Origin: Octopus sinensis
Taxonomy: Eukaryota
Length of the DNA stretch: 44,679 bases
Direction: 5' to 3'
Assembly (NCBI RefSeq): GCF_006345805.1
Contig: NW_021834867.1
Location: forward strand, 1 to 44,679
Shown: piece after piece, positions 35,100 through 44,679 of the stretch
Position numbering within the stretch: the stretch's first letter is position 1
Layout of the letters: each line of letters starts with the position of its first letter
Position numbers and translations under genes: made by a program
The notes under the pieces: model-generated
Databases searched by the model: none
What the model saw: the letters and a program-made list of their open reading frames with translations, nothing else
Told to the model about the DNA's origin: nothing

Positions 35100-36153
35100 T
35101 TAAAGAAGTAATAAGAAACAATTGCGGTTTGAAAATATTTAGGAGTTATAAATCACTAGTGGAAATGCTATTTTATTTTGTTTCCGCGGCTATCGGAAAT
35201 TTTTGCCCTCAAAAATTCCTTTAAAGAAATTTCCTTTTAAATGATCACGCCATGATATTTCTTTTCAATGTTTAGGTTTGAATAAAGTTTTGCATATTTA
35301 ATGCTTTTATAAACTCTTATATTTCTTGGAGTGTCAGTTTATACCCGTGAATGTGTTCTAATATTTATTATTTACATTATTTACATTATTTATATTTGAC
35401 GGATATAGAACTTTATTTATTATTTGTCTCAAATAAGGCTTGAGACCATTGGAGCGTAAAGAACTGCAGAGGAAAATAAGGGTCAAGGAATTCAAACGAT
35501 GCCTATAGATAGAAAACTTATAACATTATATAAGTTATAGTCCAGAGATAAAAAATAAAAGATGATGGTAGTGATTTGCAGAGAGCATCATTTCGAAGAA
35601 AGAAGCTATTTTCTGCCAAGAAATCGAGTTTCTGTAACTGGGGATTAGATCTCACAAAACATATTTTCCCCCTATAAGATTGGTCTTTATCTGAAATTAC
35701 ACGATTTACTCTGATCATAAACTTTCACTGGTCATAAAATTCGTAGACTCATGAGAAAATCTTTATTAGAATTATTCTGTTAATCACGTGTACACACGAC
35801 TTCGTGGATGAACTGCCTAGATTTGAACCTGTGAAGCCATTTATTTGATTATTTAATGAGTTCACGACTTTAAAATTCTTCGTGAGCTATTTTAGTCGTT
35901 TCATTGATAATTTCTTTCGAAACGTCCCCACCTTCATCACCAAACTATCGCCACCACCGTATATCAATTCCTCCTAGTTCTTTCTACCTGATTTCTTATA
36001 TTGTAATTATTTTATTTTTTTCTTCAGATATTGCTAACTTCATTACTTACGGAACCAGCAAAACAGCTGTTACAACTAGGGTCCCATTATGCCGTAGAGT
36101 GATGATAATAATAATATAATAATAATAATATAATAATAATAATAATAATAATA

Positions 36154-36192
<39 letters not shown>

Positions 36193-36198
36193 CACAAC

Positions 36199-36344
36199 AA
36201 CATCGAAAAATACCTTAGGATTAAGAGCCCAGGTTCGAAATGTCACCAACACACCTCAAGAAGGCTGGAGGTATATCCTGAAACGTTGTGTTAACAACAA
36301 ACAAGTTGAGGGCCAAATATCCGTCAGTTGTAAACAATGTAAAT
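36199..36344 (+). mobile_element. Family-A repeat tail after (TAA)n, with a degenerate hammerhead motif at about 36250-36292
   Basis: CATCGAAAAATACCTTAGG...ACAC-CTCAAGA-AGGCTG...GAAA-CGTT-GTGTT...TCCGTCAGTTGTAAACAATGTAAAT. A possible A-box remnant TATGCCGTAGAGTG lies just upstream of the TAA run. Confidence 0.8.
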
Positions 36345-36607
36345 TCATCATTGGACATTTACGTTTATATATACACATATATGTGTGTGTGTGTTTGTGT
36401 TGTGTGTTGTGTGTGGTGTGCGTGTGTGTATGTGTGTGTGTATGTGTGTATGTGTGTGTGTGTATGTGTGTATGTGTGTGTGTAAAGAAAGTAATGAATT
36501 GTAGATATAATATTTAATGAAAATTTATTATCTGCAAATACAAATATATTCCCTTAATGAGGCTAATTTAACCCCTCATTGAATTTATATACATACATAC
36601 GTACGTA

Positions 36608-36673
<66 letters not shown>

Positions 36674-38156
36674 CAGAGAGAGGGGAGAGAGGGAGTGAGA
36701 GAGGTAGGGTGAGTGAGAGAGAGATTGATAAACAAGAAGATAGATACAGCGTGTATGCATATATACACATATTTGTTTTTCCTCTGAAACGTATATGTAT
36801 GTATGAGTATATATTTATATATTATTTACAAACACAAACACACACATATATGTAGAAATTTCTCTATCCACATTTTTTGTTTGTTTTTCCTTTTAAGCAC
36901 TAAATCAGGCAGATTTAACTTCAACTTCCATTAATTGAAGTCAAGCTGCACCTGTTTTTCAAACATGACTCTTATCAAATTAACGTGACACATGCAATGA
37001 CAACGGTAACGGAAGCATCGTTCTGTCGTTGATGGATGACAAATATATATTTTATGAGTTAGCTATATGCATGCCAATGCTTTCCTTTAAAATATTGAAT
37101 TTAAAACATTATTCCTCAGTTACTGCGAAGGGTCTTTGGAATGGCTTTTTTTGATAGCGTGCATAACATTGAGATGAGGGAGTCCCTGCAGGTCAAACAG
37201 CAACTTCTTTGCATTCAGAGGTGACAACTTTGGTTCTACAGATGTACTGTGATTGAAATGTTACAGGAAAGAATTACATGACGGAATCTTTTAGCAACTG
37301 GGAGACGACCCAGGAGTGCACCAAATGCGAAATTGTTAGATAATATTTATAATCTTTGAGAATTTTTCTTGGTCGAGCTTTTTCTTGTCTGCATTAGGAA
37401 CTCACAACTCTAGTTTTACAGACAGGGGATTAAAAAACCATATGAACTTGTTTGATAACACGAGGCACCTGTAACTTCGGTTTGAGCAATTCCTTATGAA
37501 TAATAACATGTGACAGAAAGCATCTGGAAACTATACGAAAACCTATGCATTGGGCTATGTAGCTACGAATTTGTGCAAAAATCTAGAAATGCTAGATTTT
37601 TCTAAGAAAGGGAAAAAAAACGGTGGCACATCTTCCAAAACCAATCTATAAGCGGCACAGCAAAGACTTCTAAAATATTCCAAAGATTCTCCAACTGTGA
37701 CACTTTGAATGATTTTACGCACACACTTTTTTATGTATAGCTACAGGTACACATATGTAAAAAATAATAATGAATACACACACACGACACAGAATATAAG
37801 TACGTGTACATATAACTACATTATTTTACAAACGCCGGGATCTCTCTTGATACAAAAAGCCTTCTCACTTCGCTAACGACCAGTGTGAACTCCATTAAGG
37901 ACCCAGACAACGCTCAAAGAAAATATGCGCATACCTAGACTTGCAATTATATGCATAAGTGTACATATATAAAACAAAAATACAAATTTACAAATGCAGC
38001 CACTCCAAATAATACCAGTGCAGTTTCTTCGATATAACTGTTTAAAGCATTTCATTCATCTACTCTGCGTTGTATGACGTAATCCCTTGCTCCAGCATGA
38101 CTCAAACCACATGGTGGAAACGAGTAAAAGAGCATTTACTACTACTATATATAATA

Positions 38157-38195
<39 letters not shown>

Positions 38196-38504
38196 ATATA
38201 TATCATTACACATATAAAACAACTCCGAGCACCATCACACCACACTACACACAAACTATACCATCTACCACCACACAACACCACATCACATCACAACACA
38301 CGACCACGCACACATCAGCAGTGGCCACTTTCCAGACCCACATTTTCACACCTACGCATACACACATGCACACGTCAAGATCACCAACCCTCTTCAACAC
38401 GCACAAACTCTCTTATATACACACATGCGCATTTTTGTTTTGGTATCACCACTACTTTATTATCTCCCCTTCACCCTAGCTCACCTGTGTGACCTTCTCT
38501 CCGA

Positions 38505-38698
38505 TATTCGCCATGATAGATCGCTAGCCACTACACATTCTGTATTTTCTCTCTTAGTTTCTTTCTGTATTACTTTCTGTGGAAGAGCGTAGGCTCGAAA
38601 CTTTAAAGACTCTTTCACATCCCGAGCGTTATACTAATACATCTGTTTGTTGTCTACACCACCTGAATTCGTCTTTTGTTTCTTTGTGACTTCTCCCT
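38505..38698 (+). mobile_element. Family-B short repeat with a hammerhead-like motif at 38572-38609
   Basis: ACTTT-CTGTGGA-A-GAGC-GTAG-GCTC-GAAA-CTTT-AAAGA. Confidence 0.75.
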
Positions 38699-41286
38699 AT
38701 ATACACACATGTATATATACATACATGCATACATACATTATTATATGACTGAACGCCACGCATCCTCTTCCAAGTAAGTTTTATCTCAATTCTGATGCGC
38801 ACTCTATACGATCTTTTTACTCTTTCGTTTTTCTCTCTTTTTCTCTCTTTTATTCTTTTACCTCCTCTTCTCCCCCTATCCTATTACTCTGTCATTCTCT
38901 CTTTCTCACTCCTCCTCACTTGCTCACATGGCTTCCACGTGACCATTGGTCATCTTTCTTTTTCTCCGTTATAGCTGGAACAAGGAAGACGTGTTCTTGC
39001 TTGTTTCCTGTCCTAGCTTGATTCACGCGTTCGCAACCACAACCTCTTTTAGGCTTTGTAGCCCTTCCTGTTTGTTCTCACTGGCCTGTTTGTGTTACCT
39101 ATTTTTACCCGACACAAAATCCCAAAATTTATTTAATTTGCTTTGCGGGCGCAACTGCTTTATCAAAAGCGTATATATTGTTGTTAAAAGCTCGAAATAC
39201 GAGACAAGAGAAACATCCAACAACTGATGAAGGGTCGTTCCTGATGTTGCTTGTTTTGTTTTCCATTTGTGTCTTTCGTTGTTCAAAAGAATAGTTCATG
39301 TTCCATGTACTCGTACTTCGTATTTTTGTTGTACACGTTTCATGTCGTCTTGTACCCACATATGCGTATATATATAAGTATAGATGTAAGTATGTACGTA
39401 TACGTATACATATAGCAATATTAAATCTCTGAGCGAGAAGTAAACAGTAGCAGCACGGATTCGTGAAGTATATTTGCCTCGTAAATGTGGCGGACCCATA
39501 GGGGACGATGCTACTGTTTTTTTTTCTTAGCCCCAGGAGGACGTCTCTTCCAGCTGATTAACGTTACACTATCTGTGTCTGATTAGTATTTGCGAAGGGA
39601 AACCATCGTTCCTATCTCTAGCCTGACGTGATACAGACATACCCTGTTTTCTGGGTAGTAACCCGTAATCAGTGTGACAGATATATATATATATGCATGC
39701 CTGCTAGTCTTTCTCTCCCTTAATTTCTTCCTCTTTCTCTGTTTTTGTCTCTCTCTCTCTTCTTCATCTCTCCTCATCCCACTTTCCTCTAAATACAAAT
39801 GCGAATGTGTATATATGTGAGTCTTTTTTCTCTCTCTATGCATACCATTCATCCTGTGTATATATGTATATATGTTTGTATGAATATAGGTGTATATGTA
39901 TATTGGTTATATATATATATGTGTGTGCATATATATATATGTGTGTGTGTGTGTGTGTATGTGTGTGTATGTGTGTGTGTGTTTATGTGTGCGTATATGT
40001 GTGTTTGTGTATGAGTGTGTGAGTATATATATATATACATACACACCTACACATATGCATGTATATGCATACATAAATATGTCTCTATATATGTGTAATT
40101 ATGCGTATGCGTGTGTATGCTTGTTTGTGTTTGTGTTTCTGTGTGTGTCTATGTGTGTATGTGTGTGTGTGTTTGGGCCTGTGCTTGTATATCCATGCGT
40201 ATGTGCGTGTATGTGTGTATGTCTGTGCGTGTGTTTGTATATCTGTGTGTGTGTGTCTCTGTGTGTGTGAGTTTGTGTGTCAGCATCAAACCATTCAGTT
40301 TCTGTTTACCTGTCCGGGTTTGTTTAATATTTTCCCCCCCCGTTTCCTCTGAATAATTAACTTAATATAACAAATAGCACCATTTTAAATAAATGATAGC
40401 TGTCAGACTTGAAAATAACCTCCATTCATTGAAGAAATGCGGCAACGACGTCACCAACCTCAACATCAATAATAACAACAATAACAATTAAGAACAATAA
40501 ACTACAAGAATAGCACTAACTACAACATCAGTGTCAGCTTCAAACAAGTCGACGTTGATATGAATATGACAGCAAACACATTTAAGGACAGTACATGCAT
40601 ACACACATATACATTCACACGAATATCTATACACAAACACACACACATAAACTCATACATACATATGTATGTGTATATATATAATATATATATATATTAT
40701 ATATATGTGTGTGTATATAAATATATATACATATATGTGTATACGTATAAATACATAATACATAATATATGTTACGTGTAAGTGCTTGTACGTGTGTTTC
40801 GTGTGCGCCTAGATGTGTTTCGTATATATAAGATTCATTAGGTTTTCATCACGCTATTCACTGCGTTGTTGTTCGATCACGTACTTTTTGTGTATTTTGC
40901 AGGAAGATGGAGAGGGTAGGAATTTTCAAGTAGAGTGGGGTTTGTATTATTTAGTCATTTCTTTAAAATTTTGTTATATTATTATTATTTTTAGAAAAAC
41001 AACTTAGGTTATTAAAGAGAAAACAAAATGTTCATAAAGGAAAAAAAAACATGATGGTGGCGAGGATGAACACAGTGACAACAATAATGACGACGGCGTC
41101 GACGACGAAGATGATGATGATGATGATGATGATAATGATGATGATGACGACGATGATGATGATAATGATGATGATGATGACGATGGTGATGTCAGTTATT
41201 TGACCTTTTCGAAGTCGGATTTAAAAATATAAATCATTTTCAGATATCTTTACTCATATGTGTCTCTTTGTGAATATAAACAGAGC

Positions 41287-41324
<38 letters not shown>

Positions 41325-41337
41325 ATTATATATATGT

Positions 41338-41369
<32 letters not shown>

Positions 41370-41565
41370 GTGCATGTGTGTGTGTGTGTGTATGTATATA
41401 TATACACATACATACAAACACACAACATACATACCACATGCATACATATGTATATACATATATACCTACAAATATACATTCATGTATATGTATAAGTATA
41501 TGCATATAATCATATATCTATATCATATATATTTATATGTGTGTGTGTGTGTATGTGTGTGCGTG

Positions 41566-41596
<31 letters not shown>

Positions 41597-41732
41597 ATGA
41601 CGGGCTTTCAGTCTCCAAATCCACTCACAAGGCTATAATAGAAGACACTTGCCCAAGCTGCTACGCAGTGGGACTGAACCCGGAACCATGCGGTTGGGAA
41701 GCATGGTTCTTACCACGCAGCTACGCCTGCAC
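41597..41732 (-). mobile_element. 5' half of the internal-microsatellite SINE, with internal deletions
   Basis: GAAGACACTTGCCCAAG and GCAGTGGGACTGAACCCGGAACCATG. Confidence 0.8.
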
Positions 41733-42263
41733 CTGTATAAATATACATATATCCATGTACATATATGACGTGGATTTATATATACATGTGTGTGAGCGTG
41801 CACGTTTGCGTGTATGTGAGGGTAACCGTATTTGGATAAATATTATTCATGCATGCATACCTATATATGCGTGAGAGAGAGAAACACACACACACACACA
41901 CACACAAAGTAATTGGGACTTCTTGGCAGTTTCAGTCAATTAAATTGTACTTAGACTCATCGTTGCATACAGATCTATAGTAAAGACTCAGGCTCGAAGT
42001 ACCAAGCATTAGAACCGATCACGGTGATACGATGAAAGGAAACGATTTTCTGCATCACAAGCAGACATTTTCGCGTATTCATTCTTTTCTACTCTAGGTA
42101 CAAGGCCCGAAGTTTTTGGGGAATCGGGAGCCAGTCGATTTGATCGACCCCAGTACGCATCTGGCACTTAATTTTTCGACCTCGAAAGGATGAATGGCGA
42201 AGTCGACCTCGGTGGATTTTGAACTCAGAACGTAAAGACAGACGAAATACCTTAATTATATGA

Positions 42264-42536
42264 TTTACATATGTCAGATATTTGTCCTCATCTTGTTAAT
42301 TGTTAACACAACGTCTCAGCTGATATACCCTCCAGCCTTCATCAGGTGTCTTGGGGAAATTTCGAACCATTCCTAGGGTATTTTTTGCTGATGTTATTAT
42401 TATTATTATTATTATTATTATCATCATTATTATTATTATTACAATTATTATTCTTATTATTCAGGTCACTGCCTGGAATCGAACTCGGAATCTTGAGGTT
42501 AGTAGCCCGCGCTCTTAACCACTACGCCATATGCCC
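42264..42536 (-). mobile_element. Complete family-A element: tRNA-like head, (TAA)n linker, hammerhead-bearing tail
   Basis: Head GGGCATATGGCGTAGTGGTTAAGAGCGCGGGCTACTAACCTCAAGATTCCGAGTTCGATTCCAGGCAGTGACC (42536-42464) has A and B boxes. TAA repeats at about 42461-42393. Tail at 42392-42264. Confidence 0.85.
42305..42350 (-). ncRNA. Minimal type-I hammerhead-like motif, family A (A14G)
   Basis: The minus strand reads GACAC-CTGATGA-A-GGCTG-GAGGGTATAT-CAGCT-GAGA-CGT-T-GTGTT. Confidence 0.7.
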
Positions 42537-43795
42537 GGCTTGCTAAAGTTTTTACCAGCTCGCCGCCTTAAATTTTCTTTTCTACTCTAGGCACAAGGGT
42601 CGAAATTTTGGGGGAGTGGAGCCAGTCGACTAGATCGACCCCAGTACGCAGAACTGCAAAGTCGGCCTTGGCAGAATTTGAAATCGGAACGTAAAGACGG
42701 ACGAAATACCGCTAACCATTTCGCCCGGCGTGCTAACTTTTCTTATTTCTTTATTGCCCACAAGGAGCTAAATATAGAGGGGACAAACAAGGACAGACAA
42801 AGGTATTAAGTCGATTACATCGACACCAATGCGTAATTTGTACTTAATTTATCGACACCAGCGCATAACTGGTACTTAATTTATCGATCCCGAAAGAATG
42901 AAAGGCGAAGTCGACCTTGGCGAATTTGAACTCAGAACGTAACGGCAGACGAAATACGCTAAGCCTTCCGCCCAGTACGCTAACGTTTCTTATTTCTTTA
43001 TTGCCCAACATAGAGGAGAGAAACAAGGACAGACAAAGGGATTAAGTCGATTACATCAACCCCAGTACGTAACTGGTACTTAATTTATCGACCCCGAAAG
43101 AATGAAAGGCAAAGTCGACCTCGGCGGAATTTGAACTCAGAACGTAACGGCAGACGAAATACCTATTTCTTTACTACCCACAAGGGGCTAAACACAGAGA
43201 GGACAAACAAGAACAGACAAACGGATTAAGTAGATTATATCGACCCCAGTGCGTAACTGGTACTTATTTAATCGACCCCGAAAGGATGAAAGGCAAAGCC
43301 GACATCAGCGGAATTTGAACTCAGAATGTAACTGCAGACCTGCTAACGATTCTGCCAGCTCGCCGCCTTCATGCTCGCGTCTTTATTGGCAAAAAATGTA
43401 CAAAATGTCGACCTATGTGGGTTTGTGCTATTTTCAATATATTTCTTTTGCGTTTTATTTATTAAATACATTATTTGGAATGTCTTATAAACTATAAAAC
43501 AAAACTTTATCGACTTTATATTTTATTCAAAACCTTCAGTTATAAACAATAAACAAAGGAGAAAAGTTGGGTTCGGTGAATGATATTTTAATTTTCTTTT
43601 TTATAACTATTTATTCATTCGTTTTGTCTGATTCAGAGAAATGAATATAAAAAAAAGACCAAGACAAACGGAATAGAAGCCGCTTCCTGTCACGTCTATC
43701 AAAAACGGAATAATTCCAGACAAATATGTGTGTTAGATATTTACACACGACGTTTCCTGCGTATGCACACACACACACACACACGTACGCACATA

Positions 43796-43835
<40 letters not shown>

Positions 43836-44211
43836 AAATACACACTCATACACACAGAAGCCTTTATTATCACAACATACACACAAACATACACACACAA
43901 ACACACACACATACGCACAAACACGCACACACATACACATAGATACACATACACACACATTCACGCACATACAGCTACATTTATCAATTGAGTGTCTGAA
44001 TATATATTTCATATTTTTTTCTTTTACTTGTATTAGTCATTGAACTACGCCCATGCTGGGGCATCGCCTTGAAAAAGAATTTGGTGATGATTGTACATGT
44101 ATATACGTATGTATGTATGTATGCATATATGTATGTATGCATATATGTATGCATGCTCACACACACACACACTCACATATACATACATACATACATAAAG
44201 TTAATATCTAA

Positions 44212-44382
44212 TAGGCGCAGGAGTGGTTGTGTGATAAGTAGCTTTCTTACCAACCACATGATATCAAGTTCAGTCCCACTGTGTGGTACCTTTGGCAAGT
44301 GTCTTCTACTATAGACTCGGGTCGACCAGAGCCTTGTGAGTGCATTTGGTAGACGGAAACTGAAAGAAGCCCGTCGTATATA

Positions 44383-44424
<42 letters not shown>

Positions 44425-44542
44425 TTGTGTATATGTTTGTGTGTTTGTGTTTGTCTCCCCAACATCGCTTGACAATCGATGCTGGTGTGTTTACGTTCCC
44501 GTAAATTAGAGGTTCGGCATAAGAATCCGATAGAATAAGTAC
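44212..44542 (+). mobile_element. Internal-microsatellite SINE, 3'-truncated
   Basis: AGGCGCAGGAGTGGTTGTGTGATAAG head, AGTTCAGTCCC B-box-like motif, GGCAAGTGTCTTCT core, internal (TA)n/(TG)-rich tract, then the 3' half. Confidence 0.9.
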
Positions 44543-44679
44543 TTTGTTGTTCGTAATACATGTCTCCACACATCCTGCATTGACTCCTCGTGGGTGAGAA
44601 ACTCCCCTCGGAATTTGTCTCTCACCATTCCTGCCCAACATCTTAAATCTACGTACACTAATAACACGCTGCATTAAAG

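Larger units (their letters stand above)
42083..43368 (-). mobile_element. Array of five Meta-like SINE units, interrupted by a family-A element
   Basis: Units at about 42083-42250 plus 42541-42570, 42573-42737, 42738-42985, 42986-43162 and 43163-43368. Confidence 0.9.

Noticed and set aside
36020-36080. TTGCT/AGCAA stem followed by AAACAGCTGT palindrome, hammerhead-like
   Set aside because: Both core strands are mutated (CTTCAGA, no G12) and helix I cannot be formed.
37140-37340. Possible decayed transposase or exon (ATGRRPR-like peptide)
   Set aside because: Stops occur in all frames, and I found no TIRs or diagnostic motif.
39224-39250. CTGATGA core as a further hammerhead (also TCATCAG at 8692-8698)
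   Set aside because: There is no helix II followed by GAAA and NUH at a workable spacing. At most these are unrecognisable remnants.
42464-42536. tRNA gene (apparent ACT anticodon loop)
   Set aside because: The A and B boxes are present but the acceptor and T stems do not pair properly, and it runs into a repeat body. It is a SINE head, not a functional tRNA.

Overview
This is an AT-rich, extremely microsatellite-dense eukaryotic window. The SINE and repeat content points to an octopus (coleoid cephalopod) genome, which is an inference. I recognise no host protein-coding gene, only a few weak candidate exons, and nearly all of the supplied ORFs are translations of simple repeats. Supported content: (i) a near full-length, frameshifted R4/Dong-clade non-LTR retrotransposon (about 22.0-25.8 kb, RT plus CCHC plus RLE endonuclease) ending in (TAA)n; (ii) two internally deleted Tc1/mariner elements with TIRs and TA target duplications; (iii) a Helentron/DINE-like non-autonomous element; (iv) more than 20 tRNA-derived SINE copies from at least three families, some in head-to-tail multimers. 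The most interesting signal is nine minimal type-I hammerhead-ribozyme-like motifs from five different short-repeat families. Their helix sequences differ but stay base-paired, and helix III is a short palindrome, as in Penelope-like retroelements. One family is a chimera of a tRNA-derived SINE head, a (TAA)n linker and a hammerhead-bearing tail, and two families carry non-canonical catalytic cores. The window also has four independent fold-back inverted duplications. Nothing here was checked by database search or folding software.
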